DNA of 64,000 nt. Source: an uncultured Gemmatimonadales bacterium. Its GTDB lineage: Bacteria; Gemmatimonadota; Gemmatimonadetes; Longimicrobiales; Gaopeijiaceae. Where the stretch lies: contig CAWGKG010000014.1 in the NCBI GenBank assembly GCA_963823035.1, positions 416,001 to 480,000 on the forward strand, in the 5' to 3' direction. Both the position numbers and the translations under genes were made by a program. Below, one piece after another: positions 1 to 9,794 of the stretch (positions within the stretch are counted from its first letter, which is position 1; every line of letters begins with the position of its first letter). The notes under the pieces are model-generated. The model was not told the origin of the DNA. It worked only from the letters and a program-made list of their open reading frames with translations, and ran no database searches.

Positions 1-886
1 TTCCCCGTGGTGCCCGCCACGCTCTTCCAGAGCAACGTCGACGTGCCGTCCCAAGGGCAGGGGATCTTCCGCGCCGAGAACCCGCCGTTCGGGGCGGCTC
101 GACTACTGGCTCGAAGAAGCCGTGGAGGGCGGCGTCCGGATCGGCATCCGGGACGCCTCGGGCACGGTGGTGCGCACGCTCGACGGTGCCGGCGCGGCCG
201 GCCTCAACCGCGCCGTCTGGGACCTGCGTCGCCAGCCCATTCCCCAGGACACGACCGTGTTCGACGTCCCGAGCCTCGACGTGGGCCCGCGGGGCCCGCT
301 CGTGCTTCCCGGGACCTACCGGGCGTCGTTCGAGAAGGGGCCGGACGCCGCGCCGACGGACCTCGAGGTGCGGTGGGATCCGCTCATGCCGGACGTGGAC
401 GTGCAGGCCCGCTACGCCTTCACGATGGAGCTCTACGCGCTCCAGCAGACCGGCTACCACGCGCAGGTGCAGGCCGCACGGATCGAGCGCGCCGCGCGGG
501 CCGCGGTCGACTCGCTGCGCGCTTTGGCCGGCGTGGCCGACTCGACGGCGAAGGCGGACCTTCCCGCCCATGTGGCCCGGGCCGATTCGCTTCTCGGGGA
601 GCTACGACGTGTGACCACCGCGCTCCGGCGCCGGAACGGCGACCTGCGCGGGTGGTGGCGGGGCCTGATCGGCGAGATGGACGGAGGACCGAGCACGATC
701 GGCAGCATGACGGGGCCGAACGACGCGCAGCGCCGGCGGCTGGAATGGACGCAGGGGCGCTTCGGGGAGGCCGTGGAGGCGCTGGACGTGGCGATCGCTT
801 CGGTGGTTCCCGCGTTGAACGGGATCCTGGAGGAGCACGGGGGGCCCGGGGTGGAGGTGCCGGAGCGGGAGAGCGGGACCGGATGA
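1..886 (+). CDS. C-terminal part of a large secreted VPS10/BNR beta-propeller glycosyl-hydrolase-like protein (5' truncated; apparent frameshift near 95)
   Basis: FRAENPPFGA / LDYWL...VRIGIRDASGTVVRTLDG...GLNRAVWDLR...GPLVLPGTY...VRWDP resembles the C-terminal region of this family; the frame switches at about 91-97. Confidence 0.65.
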   Translation, partial: SPWCPPRSSRATSTCRPKGRGSSAPRTRRSGRLDYWLEEAVEGGVRIGIRDASGTVVRTLDGAGAAGLNRAVWDLRRQPIPQDTTVFDVPSLDVGPRGPLVLPGTYRASFEKGPDAAPTDLEVRWDPLMPDVDVQARYAFTMELYALQQTGYHAQVQAARIERAARAAVDSLRALAGVADSTAKADLPAHVARADSLLGELRRVTTALRRRNGDLRGWWRGLIGEMDGGPSTIGSMTGPNDAQRRRLEWTQGRFGEAVEALDVAIASVVPALNGILEEHGGPGVEVPERESGTG

Positions 887-889
887 GCC

Positions 890-964
890 GTACGGATCAT
901 CTCCGTTCGACGCGCCCGCCCCGAGGAGATCGCGCTCCATGAAGGAAGGCATGAAGGCGAGTGA
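890..964 (+). pseudogene. C-terminal remnant of a BrnT-type toxin
   Basis: Translates VRIISVRRARPEEIALHEG, the RIIS(A/V)R..R..E...Y-type BrnT C-terminus; no start codon; overlaps the antitoxin start. Confidence 0.6.
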
Positions 965-1193
965 GTTCGACGAGAGGTTCGACGCCGGGGAGGACGTCAC
1001 CCCCTGGCTCGATCTCTCGACCATCCGGCGCCCTCATCTGGAATCGCGGCGCGTGAACGTGGATTTCCCGGTATGGATGGTGGACGCCCTGGACCGGGAA
1101 GCCCGCCGACTCGGGGTGACACGTCAGTCGATCATCAAGGTGTGGATCGCCGAGCGGCTGGAGGCGGTCGCGGGTAAATCGCCGCCGCCGTAG
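951..1193 (+). CDS. CopG/ribbon-helix-helix antitoxin (BrnA-like)
   Basis: MKASEFDERFDAGED...RRVNVDFPVWMVDALDREARRLGVTRQSIIKVWIAERL; GAAGGA RBS upstream of ATG 951. Confidence 0.85.
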   Translation: MKASEFDERFDAGEDVTPWLDLSTIRRPHLESRRVNVDFPVWMVDALDREARRLGVTRQSIIKVWIAERLEAVAGKSPPP

Positions 1194-1203
1194 AATCCAC
1201 CTC

Positions 1204-1977
1204 ATGGTCCCCACCCACTCTGTCGACTTCGGCCCCACCGCGACCGACTACGACCGCTTTCGCCCGGGCTTCCCGCCCTCCTTCTACGACCGCCTCACCG
1301 GGTTGGCCTGGATCGCCCCGAAGCAGCGCGCTCTCGACATCGGAACGGGCACGGGTACTCTTGCGCTCGGTCTCGCCGCGCGTGGCCTGGACGTCGTCGG
1401 GCTGGACCCCTCGAAGCCGATGCTCGAAGCCGCCCGTCGCCGCGCCGCGGACCGTGGCCTCGACGTTCGCTTCGTGGAGGGCCTCGCAGAGCACACGGGA
1501 CTCGAGGCGAAGGGCTTCGATCTGATCACCGCCGGTCACTGCTGGTGGTGGCTCGACCCCGTGCGCGCGACCACGGAGGCGAAGCGCCTGCTCGCGGACG
1601 GCGGGCGACTGCTCATGGCCAACTTCTCCTACATCCCCGCGCCGGGCTCCGTCGCGGAGGCGTCGGAGCGGCTCATCCTCACGCACAACCCGGGGTGGGG
1701 GAAGGCCGGAGAGAGCGGCGTCTGGCAGAGTCAGGTGCGCGACCTCGACGCGGCGGGCTTCCTGGGCGTCGAGTCGTTCAGCTACGTGGAGCCGGTCACG
1801 TTCACGCACGAGGCTTGGCGCGGACGGATGCGATCGTGCAACGGCATCGGGGCGTCCCTGAAGCGGACGGAGGTGGAGGCCTTCGACAGGGCTCTGGCGA
1901 CCTTGCTGGAGGCCTGGTTTCCGGGGGATCTCCTTGTCCCGCACCGCGTCTTCGTCGCCACGGGCCGCCGTCCCTGA
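1204..1977 (+). CDS. Class I SAM-dependent methyltransferase
   Basis: YDRFRPGFP N-terminus and LDIGTGTG motif I. Confidence 0.9.
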   Translation: MVPTHSVDFGPTATDYDRFRPGFPPSFYDRLTGLAWIAPKQRALDIGTGTGTLALGLAARGLDVVGLDPSKPMLEAARRRAADRGLDVRFVEGLAEHTGLEAKGFDLITAGHCWWWLDPVRATTEAKRLLADGGRLLMANFSYIPAPGSVAEASERLILTHNPGWGKAGESGVWQSQVRDLDAAGFLGVESFSYVEPVTFTHEAWRGRMRSCNGIGASLKRTEVEAFDRALATLLEAWFPGDLLVPHRVFVATGRRP

Positions 1978-1987
1978 CCTCGCGGTC

Positions 1988-2015
1988 TTGATTTCACCAT
2001 TTGGTAATATACCTT
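1988..2015 (+). promoter_or_regulatory. Putative sigma70 promoter for the ATPase gene (probably leaderless)
   Basis: AT-rich patch TTGATT-16 nt-TACCTT, 8 nt before ATG 2024, no SD. Confidence 0.45.
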
Positions 2016-2023
2016 TTAGTGTA

Positions 2024-3220
2024 ATGACGCCGCCGTCCTCCACGCCCGCCCGGCACGACCCTCCATTCCGCACGGGCGAGATCGTCGCGGACGAGCACTT
2101 CACGGACCGCGCGCGCGAGGTCGCCGTGACGAGCCGCGCGATGCTTTCCTCGGGGCGCCTGCTCCTCACCGGCGAGCGCCGACTCGGGAAGAGCTCGATC
2201 CTCCGGCAGGCCGCGCTGCACGCCCGCGCCCGCGGCGCCACCGTCGTGCCCCTCGACCTCTGGACGGCGGCGAGCCTGGAGGAGGTGCTCCGGCGGATCG
2301 TGGCCGCGGTGCCGTGGGGGTGGTCGTGGCGCGAACGGCTCCAGGGGCTCTGGCTGGGCCTGGGGCTCAGCCTGGCGGTCCGCGCCGACCCTTCGGGCGC
2401 GCCGTCGTTCACGCTCACGGGCACGCCCGGGGAGATCCGAGGCGGCCGGGCACGCGAGCTGTTCGTCCAGCTGATCGCGCGACTGGAGGTGGTGGCAGCC
2501 GAGGCGGGGAGCGCCGTGGTCGTGGTGCTCGACGAGTTCCAGCGCCTCGAGGAGGTCGAGCACGGAGCCGCCGCCCTCCTCCGCAACGCCATCCAGGAGA
2601 GCCATCACCTCGCGTTCGTGTGCGCGGGCTCGACGCTCTCCCTGGTCCGCGCCCTGGTGGGGCGGGAGGGTCCACTCCATGGGATCTTCGACGAGTTGGC
2701 TGTCGGACCCATCGAGCCGGAGCTGCTCGCGTCGTGGATCGAGGACCGCCTTCGGTCCCATGGCGTCTCTCCGGCCGCCGGCACGGGGGCGCGGATCGTC
2801 GATCGGGCAGGCCCGCGCACCGAAGACGCGCTTCGCCTCGCTCGCGAGGTGTGGGACGGCGGGATCTCGACGGGTACGGCCACCCCGGACGACGTCTCCC
2901 CTGCCCTCCGCCGCATCGTCCTGGACCGACGCTCCACCTACGAGCGCGTCTGGATCGACCTCGCGGGCTCGCACCGCGGCGTGCTGCGTGCCCTCGCCGA
3001 CGGCGCGCGACAGCTCACCTCGCGGGACACGATCCGCACCTACGGGCTCCCGACCCCGGCGGCGGTATCCAAGGCGGTGGAACGCCTCCGGCGGCACCAC
3101 CTCGTCAACAGCGCGGGGGACCGCATCTCCGATCCCTTCCTCATCGAGTGGATCCTCATGCGGGCGATGCCCGACGGGCAGAGCCACAGCGAGCTGGATC
3201 GCCCGCCGGCGGGGACGTAG
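2024..3220 (+). CDS. P-loop AAA ATPase (archaeal-ATPase-like) with probable C-terminal winged helix
   Basis: FTDR..E N-terminal motif, Walker A GERRLGKSS, Walker B VVVLDEFQ, C-terminal ISDPFLIEWI. Confidence 0.8.
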   Translation: MTPPSSTPARHDPPFRTGEIVADEHFTDRAREVAVTSRAMLSSGRLLLTGERRLGKSSILRQAALHARARGATVVPLDLWTAASLEEVLRRIVAAVPWGWSWRERLQGLWLGLGLSLAVRADPSGAPSFTLTGTPGEIRGGRARELFVQLIARLEVVAAEAGSAVVVVLDEFQRLEEVEHGAAALLRNAIQESHHLAFVCAGSTLSLVRALVGREGPLHGIFDELAVGPIEPELLASWIEDRLRSHGVSPAAGTGARIVDRAGPRTEDALRLAREVWDGGISTGTATPDDVSPALRRIVLDRRSTYERVWIDLAGSHRGVLRALADGARQLTSRDTIRTYGLPTPAAVSKAVERLRRHHLVNSAGDRISDPFLIEWILMRAMPDGQSHSELDRPPAGT

Positions 3221-3248
3221 GCGCGAGCCCGCCCGGCGGGGTGAGGGG

Positions 3249-4163
3249 TCAGATCCGCCCGTCGCCGCGCGCGGAGCCCAGCTTCGCCGCGCCCATCGCC
3301 GGGTCGAGATCGCGGTCGAGCACGGACACGAGGTGGCGCGTCAGGAGCCGCTCCAGGGACTCCCTCAGGGGGCGCCCGGGCCCGAGCAGCCCGCCGGCCA
3401 GCGCGATCGTGGGTGGCCGCGACCACGGGCCGAGCCTCTCGAGGAGCGCCCGGATGTGGCGCTCGAGCGCGTGGACGGCGCGGTCGACGACGTTGCCGGC
3501 CACGGTGTCCCCCTCCGCGGCCGCGGCGATGACGACCGGCGCCAGCGCGGCGACTTCCCCCTTGGAGGCCGACGCCACCCACGTCACGACGTCGTCCATG
3601 GCCCCGAGCCGGAGATGCTGGAAGATGCGATCGGGGAGCGTCGTCTGCGGACCTCGCCCGTCCATCGCCTGCGCCATGCGCTGCAGCCCCTCGAGGCCGA
3701 TCGCGTAGCCGGAACCCTCGTCGCCGATGAGGTGTCCCCAACCCCCGGCTCTCCCCTGCCGGCCGTAGCCGGCGCGTCCGTAGGCGATCGAGCCCGTGCC
3801 CGCGATGATGAGGATGCCGGGGCCGTCCCCGAAGGCGTCGTGGAAGGCGGCCTGCACGTCCGTGCCCACGCGCACGCTCCGGGCCACGCCGGCGCGCGTC
3901 AGCTCGTCCTCCACGATGGACCGCGACGCCTCGCGCCCCGCACCCGTGATCCCCGCCCACACGGCATCGACCGGAAGCTTCACGCCGGCCGCCGCGGCCG
4001 CGTCCCGGCAGACCGACGCCACCGCCTCCGCGGCGGCCTGCGGATCCGTGGCGCTCGCCACCGCCCCGCCGCCCTCCGCGCGCGAGAGTACCTCGCCGGA
4101 CCCGTCGAGGACCACGGCCCGGGCACGCGTGCCCCCGCAATCGATGCCGATCACCGCGCGCAC
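3249..4163 (-). CDS. BadF/BadG/BcrA/BcrD family N-acetylglucosamine/MurNAc kinase
   Basis: GIDCGGT, IAGTGS and RAGGWGHLIGDEGSG motifs. Confidence 0.9.
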   Translation of the reverse strand: MRAVIGIDCGGTRARAVVLDGSGEVLSRAEGGGAVASATDPQAAAEAVASVCRDAAAAAGVKLPVDAVWAGITGAGREASRSIVEDELTRAGVARSVRVGTDVQAAFHDAFGDGPGILIIAGTGSIAYGRAGYGRQGRAGGWGHLIGDEGSGYAIGLEGLQRMAQAMDGRGPQTTLPDRIFQHLRLGAMDDVVTWVASASKGEVAALAPVVIAAAAEGDTVAGNVVDRAVHALERHIRALLERLGPWSRPPTIALAGGLLGPGRPLRESLERLLTRHLVSVLDRDLDPAMGAAKLGSARGDGRI

Positions 4164-5625
4164 TCATGCCGTCTCCTTTTGCCGACTCCCCGGCCATACC
4201 GCTGTCACCGCCAGCCCGGTCACGAAGGTCACGAAGGTCCCGAACAGCGCATACCAGGGCCACGCCATCTGGTTGCGGAGGATCGTCGTCAGGCCGACCC
4301 CCACGGCCACGCCCACGACCACGGCCCCCTGCCCGGGGCGGCGGGTCAGGACGCCGAGCGCGAAGGCGCCGAGCAGGCCTCCGTACACCAGGCTGGCGAT
4401 GCCGAGCGCGACCTCCACGGCCGACGTGCCCTTCGAGAGCGGGATGAACAGCACCGCCGCGCCGATCAGCAGGCCCGCCCACACGAGCGAGAACAGCCTG
4501 CCGGCTCGCAGCACCCTGGCATCGGCCTCGTCGCCGTGCGTCTCCCCCGCCCCGACGAGCGGCGCCCAGTAGTCGAAGGCCGTCGCGCTGGCGAGCGAGT
4601 TGATGGAGCCGCTCAGGGTGGACATCGCCGCCGCGAACACACCCGCGATGAGCAGGCCGGTGAGTCCGGGCGGGAGCTGCTCGACGATGAAGCGCGCGAA
4701 GATCTCGTCGCTGCGCTCGAACGGGCGGCCCTGGTAGAACACCCACAGGCCCAGCCCGACGCCGAGGAAGAGAACGAACTGGACGATGATCGCGAACGCG
4801 CTGCCGACGAGTGCCTTCTGGCTGCTGCGCAGGTCCTTCGTGGTCAGGAGGCGCTGCACGATGATCTGGTCCACGCCGTGGCTCGACATCGACAGGAAGC
4901 CTCCGCCCAGCACAGCCGCCCAGAAGGTATAGGGCTGCATGCGGTCGAAGGAGAAGTCGAACGTGTGGAGCTTCCCGGCCGCAGCCGCCGTGGACAGGAT
5001 CGACCCCCATCCCCCGCTCACACCGATCTGGAGCGCGATCAGCGCCGCCACCGCTCCGCCCAGGTAGAGGACCATCTGGAGCGAGTCGATCCACACCACG
5101 GCCTTGATGCCGCCGAAGTAGGTGTAGATGAGCGTGAGGAGCGCCGATGACCACGATGGAGACCCAGTAGGGCCACCCGGTGATGAGCGCGAGGGGGATC
5201 GCCGTCGCGAAGAGGCGTACCGAGTCCGAGAGCACGCGGGTCACCATGAAGATCGCCGACGTGAAGCGCCGTGCGCCGAGCCCGAAGCGGGCCTGGAGCA
5301 GGTGGTAGGCCGTCGTGAGCTCGCCGCGGTAGTAGGCGGGCAGCAGCACGGCCGCGACCACGATCCGCCCCAGCAGGTAGCCGATCGTGAGCTGCAGGAA
5401 GGTCAGGGTGCCGACGTAGGCAACGCCGGGCACGCTCAGGAAGGTGAGCGTGCTGGTCTCCGTCGCCACCACGGAGAGCATCACCGCCCACCAGGGCAGG
5501 GAGCGGCTACCGAGGAAGTAGTCGGTGCCTCCCTTCTGGCCGCGACCGAGCCACGCTCCCCACAGCGTCACGCCCACCAGGTAGACCACCAGCACGAAGA
5601 AGTCGAGCGGTGTGAAGGCCCCCAT
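4164..5625 (-). CDS. Sodium:solute symporter (apparent frameshift near 5145)
   Basis: DYFLGSRSLPWWAVMLSVVATETS; GVDQIIVQRLL; AAAMSTLSGSINSLA; split over two frames. Confidence 0.9.
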
Positions 5626-5627
5626 GC

Positions 5628-7532
5628 CTACCCCTCCCCCAGCGACGCCGTCGGTACGACGGTCGGTTGCAGCCGCTCGCCGCCCTCGAGCACCACGTAC
5701 GCCTCCATCGCGAAGTAGGCCGGCAGTCCCGCCGAGCGCAGCTGCTCGGCCGTGCCCCGGTTCCGGTCCTCGACCCGCTGCCAGAACTCCCTCGGATCGG
5801 GACCCGGGAAGGGCGCCACGTCCTTCTGTGACTGGTGCTTGAAGATCGCCAGGATCTTCCGGCGCAGCTCCTCCGCGCTCATGGGCACGAGGACGTCCGC
5901 CTCCACGAGCGACCACTCCTGCCACGCCCCGCGGTACATCCACAGTTGCGGCGCCGGACCCTGGTACCGGTCGAGCGCGCCGTTCACCGCCTCGAGGCAC
6001 ATGCGGTGTGTGCCGTGCGGATCGGAGAGGTCGCCGGCGGCGAAGACGATCGACGGACGCGTCTCCTCGAGAAGCGCGTGCACGACCTCGACGTCCCGCG
6101 TGCCGATCGGGTCCTTCCTCACCCGTCCCGTCTGGTAGAAGGGGAGGTCGAGGAAGCGCGCGTTGCCCGGGCCGAGCCCGACCGACTCGAGCGCGCTCAC
6201 GGCCTCGGTCTCGCGGATGATGCGCTTGAGGTCGCGCACCACGTCCGCGTCCACGTCGCCCGGCGCCTTCCCGCCGAGGCTGGCCTCGATCTCGTCCACA
6301 TGGCGGGACAGCGCCTCGTGGTCGGTCAGGGAGAGCGCCCTGCGCGCCCGCTCCACGAAATCGAGGTAGCGGCGCACCTCGTGGTCGAACACCGCGATGT
6401 TGCCGGACGTCTGGTACGCGACGGTGATGTCGTTCCCGTTCTGCGCCAGCTTCCTCAAGATGCCGCCCATCGAGATCACGTCGTCGTCGGGATGGGGGCT
6501 GAACACGACGATACGCTCGCCGGACGGGAGCTTGCTCTTCCCGCGGATCTTCCCGATGAGTCGGTTGAAGATCTCCCCGTTGAGGGGCTCGGCCGAGCCG
6601 TAGCGCGCGGCCAGCGAGCTGAGGTGGTGGTCGCGGTAGTCGCGCGCCGAAAGGTGCAGCATGGGCTTCTTGGTCTGGCTGCTGAGCCAGAGAACGGCCT
6701 CCGCCTCGAGGTCGTCCGTCCAGGCGACCTCGCCGAGCAGCCAGGGCGTGCGCACCCGCGTCAGGTCCGCCGCCGCCGCGGGGTCCAGCCAGACCGTCGC
6801 GTGCGCATGCTCCTGCAGGTAGGTGGCTGCGACGTCGGCGTGCACGGCGCCCTCCACCGCCCGGCGCACGATCCACGCCTTGTGCTCCCCGGTGGCGATG
6901 AGCGCGACCTCGCGCGCGTCGAGGATCGTCGCCACGCCCATCGTCACCGCCTCGGGCGGCACGTTCTCCTCCCCGAAATAGTCGGACGCCGCGTCGGCGC
7001 GCGTGACCGTATCGAGGTACACGAGGCGCGTGCGCGACTCCGCCCCCGAGCCGGGCTCGTTGAAGCCGATGTGCCCGCTCCGGCCGATTCCCAGAATCTG
7101 GAAGTCGATGCCGCCCGCGTCCCGGATGGCCTGCTCGTAGGCCGCGCAGTGTGCCTCGGTCTCCTCGCGTGACAGGTCGCCCCGCGGGATGTGGATCTGC
7201 TCCGCCGGGACGTTCACGTGGTCGAAGAAGTTCTCGTGCATGAAGCGGTGGTAGCTGTGCAGGCTCCCCGGCTCCATGGGCCAGTACTCATCGAGGTTGA
7301 ACGTCACCACGTTCGAGAAGTCGAGGCCCTCCTCGCGGTGCATGCGGATGAGCTCGCGGTAGATACCCACCGGGGTCGACCCCGTGGCCAGGCCCAGGAC
7401 CGCTCGTTCCCCCGCGTCGGAACGGCTGCGCACGATCTCAGCGATGCGTCCGGCCACGCGCCGAGCGATCGCCTCGTGGTCCTCGAGGATGCGAACGGAG
7501 ATCTCCTCGAGGCGCGTGAAGAGCGTGCTCAC
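5628..7532 (-). CDS. nagB: Glucosamine-6-phosphate deaminase with C-terminal PIG-L deacetylase-like domain
   Basis: LGLATGSTP, TFNLDEY, GHIGFNEPGS; second domain FSPHPDDD...DPHGTH. Confidence 0.93.
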   Translation of the reverse strand: MSTLFTRLEEISVRILEDHEAIARRVAGRIAEIVRSRSDAGERAVLGLATGSTPVGIYRELIRMHREEGLDFSNVVTFNLDEYWPMEPGSLHSYHRFMHENFFDHVNVPAEQIHIPRGDLSREETEAHCAAYEQAIRDAGGIDFQILGIGRSGHIGFNEPGSGAESRTRLVYLDTVTRADAASDYFGEENVPPEAVTMGVATILDAREVALIATGEHKAWIVRRAVEGAVHADVAATYLQEHAHATVWLDPAAAADLTRVRTPWLLGEVAWTDDLEAEAVLWLSSQTKKPMLHLSARDYRDHHLSSLAARYGSAEPLNGEIFNRLIGKIRGKSKLPSGERIVVFSPHPDDDVISMGGILRKLAQNGNDITVAYQTSGNIAVFDHEVRRYLDFVERARRALSLTDHEALSRHVDEIEASLGGKAPGDVDADVVRDLKRIIRETEAVSALESVGLGPGNARFLDLPFYQTGRVRKDPIGTRDVEVVHALLEETRPSIVFAAGDLSDPHGTHRMCLEAVNGALDRYQGPAPQLWMYRGAWQEWSLVEADVLVPMSAEELRRKILAIFKHQSQKDVAPFPGPDPREFWQRVEDRNRGTAEQLRSAGLPAYFAMEAYVVLEGGERLQPTVVPTASLGEG

Positions 7533-8413
7533 CCTCCCAGCGACTCCCCCGCGATCAGGTCGAGGTTCGGAAGCATCACGATCTCGATCCGCCGGTTCTG
7601 CCTGCGCCCGGCCGCGTCTTCGTTCGAGGCGCGGGGCTGGTATTCCCCGTAGCCCGCGCCGGACAGGCTCTCCGGCGGCACGCCACCCTTCACGAGGAGC
7701 CGCACGACCGAGAGCGCGCGCGCCGTGGACAGCTCCCAGTTCGACGGGAAGCGCTCGGTGGCGATCGGCACGTTGTCCGTGTGGCCCTCGACCTGGAAGC
7801 GGCGATCCGGGAGGTCGGCGAGCACCGTCGCGACCTTGCCCAGCGTCTCCTGACCGTCCGACCCGACCGTCGCGCTACCGGATGGGAAGAGGATGTCCTG
7901 CGGCAGCTGGATCACCATGCGGCCGCGGTCGATCGACACACTGAGCTGGCCCGCGTTGATGAGCGCCCTGAACTTCCCGATCACCTCCTGGTAGATCCGG
8001 TTCCGCTCCCGCACCTCGCGCTCGACGGCGGCGAGCTGGTCGAGGCGTTGCTGCAGCCTGCGGTACTCGCTCCCGCGCTCGTCCATGAGCACCTCGAGAC
8101 GATGCACCTCGGCGCGCGCCTCCTCGAAGCGCGACGTCATCTGGGCGCGACCCCGGTCGAGGTCCGTGCTGTCCGCCTTCAACTCGGCGATGCGGGTCTC
8201 GAGCGAGTCCCTCGTGGCCTCCCACCGCTGGCGGGCGGCCTCCGCCTCGTCGGTGCGGCGTTTCATCTCCGCTTCGAGATCCGACCGCTCGGCACGCGAC
8301 TCCGCGAGGGAGTCGAGGGCACCGCGGTACGTGCTCTTCTTCACGCACCCCGACAACCCGAGGGCCAGGAGGAGGGGGGCGAAGGTGGAGATCTGGAGGG
8401 CGCGCGACTTCAT
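7529..8413 (-). CDS. OmpA/MotB-family lipoprotein with N-terminal coiled coil
   Basis: Lipobox LSGC; VEGHTDNVPI...SNWELSTARA...NRRIEI peptidoglycan-binding domain. Confidence 0.88.
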   Translation of the reverse strand: MKSRALQISTFAPLLLALGLSGCVKKSTYRGALDSLAESRAERSDLEAEMKRRTDEAEAARQRWEATRDSLETRIAELKADSTDLDRGRAQMTSRFEEARAEVHRLEVLMDERGSEYRRLQQRLDQLAAVEREVRERNRIYQEVIGKFRALINAGQLSVSIDRGRMVIQLPQDILFPSGSATVGSDGQETLGKVATVLADLPDRRFQVEGHTDNVPIATERFPSNWELSTARALSVVRLLVKGGVPPESLSGAGYGEYQPRASNEDAAGRRQNRRIEIVMLPNLDLIAGESLGG

Positions 8414-8532
8414 ACTCTCTCTCCCCGGGCGAGTGGGTCGGAAACCCAAAGATAGCAAGGGCCATGCGGCGCGCGAGGCCCCCCGATATACTCCGGGCGC
8501 ACGCTGGAAACGCACACCCGCTGGAGGCCGCC

Positions 8533-9738
8533 ATGCCGCACCGGTCCATCCGCCGAGGCCACGCCACGCTCTTTCCGCTCCTGGCCGCGCTGGTGGCGTG
8601 GGCGACCCCGGCGCCGGGGCTGCATGCCCAGGACGTCACCCTCTCGCGGGGCACGCCGGAGGAAGTCGGGATGTCGTCGGCGATCCTCGACGCCGGCGTG
8701 CAGCTCTTCCGCGACGCGGTCGACCGCGGCGACCTGGTCGGCGCGGTCCTCCTGGTCGCCCGGGATGGGAAGGTGGTGCTGCAGCAGCCGATCGGGATGC
8801 GGAATGCGGCGAAGGGGCTGCGCATGGAGCCCAACACGATGTTCCGCATGGCGTCGAACACGAAAGCGACGATCGCGACGTCGATCTCCATCCTCGTCGA
8901 GGAGGGAAAGCTCTCGTACGAGGACCCGGTGCGGGAGTACATCCCCTCGTTCGACAACTACCGCGCCGGATTCATCCAGATCAAGCACCTCCTGAACCAC
9001 ACGAGCGGCTTCCGCATCAACACGCTCTTCCTCCAGCCGCTCATGGAGCCGAGCGCCGAGCACCCGGACGCGCCCTCGCTTCAGCTCGAGGTCGCACGCT
9101 ACGGAGCGGTGGGCGCCGCGGTGCTGCCGGGAACGTCCTATGCCTACAGCAACCCGGGCTACAACACACTCGGCGCGCTCGTCGAGATCGCGTCCGGACG
9201 GAGCCTGGAGAGCTTCCTGAAGGAGCGGATCTACCGCCCCCTGGGGATGGCGGACTCGTACAACCACGAGATCGCGGAGAAGCTCGACGGCAAGCTCGAT
9301 CGGATGGGTGCCGTCTACTACGAGCGGAAGAACGGGAAGTGGGTCGCCGGTTGGGAGCCCGGTGATCCGCCGCAGATGCCGTTCGTACGCGCGTCGGGCG
9401 GCATGATCTCGACGGCGTGGGACTATGCGATCTTCTGCCAGATGTTCCTGAACGGCGGCGTGTACGGCGGCCAGCGCATCCTCGAGCCGGAGACGGTGGC
9501 GTTGATGACGAGCCCCACCTTCCCCACCTCGGACGACGGCACGTCGTCCTACGGCTACGGCTGGGCGGTCTCCGACGACGGGAGCTTCTCCCACAGCGGG
9601 TCGGACGGGACGTTCGCCTGGGTGGACCCGGAGCTGGGCGTGATCGCGCTCGTGTTCACGCAGACGCCGAGCGGCGCGAACCCGCGCGACAAGTTCGTGG
9701 AGCTGGTGCGCTCGGCGGTCGTGGACGAGGGGGGATGA
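8533..9738 (+). CDS. Secreted serine hydrolase, beta-lactamase class C family
   Basis: Signal peptide, ASNTK (SxxK), YSN, HSG; GGAGG RBS. Confidence 0.88.
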   Translation: MPHRSIRRGHATLFPLLAALVAWATPAPGLHAQDVTLSRGTPEEVGMSSAILDAGVQLFRDAVDRGDLVGAVLLVARDGKVVLQQPIGMRNAAKGLRMEPNTMFRMASNTKATIATSISILVEEGKLSYEDPVREYIPSFDNYRAGFIQIKHLLNHTSGFRINTLFLQPLMEPSAEHPDAPSLQLEVARYGAVGAAVLPGTSYAYSNPGYNTLGALVEIASGRSLESFLKERIYRPLGMADSYNHEIAEKLDGKLDRMGAVYYERKNGKWVAGWEPGDPPQMPFVRASGGMISTAWDYAIFCQMFLNGGVYGGQRILEPETVALMTSPTFPTSDDGTSSYGYGWAVSDDGSFSHSGSDGTFAWVDPELGVIALVFTQTPSGANPRDKFVELVRSAVVDEGG

Positions 9739-9794
9739 GGGGACGCGGGCGCACGTCTTCTGCGTAGGAGCCTTCGCCTTGGAGCGGCCGACCC

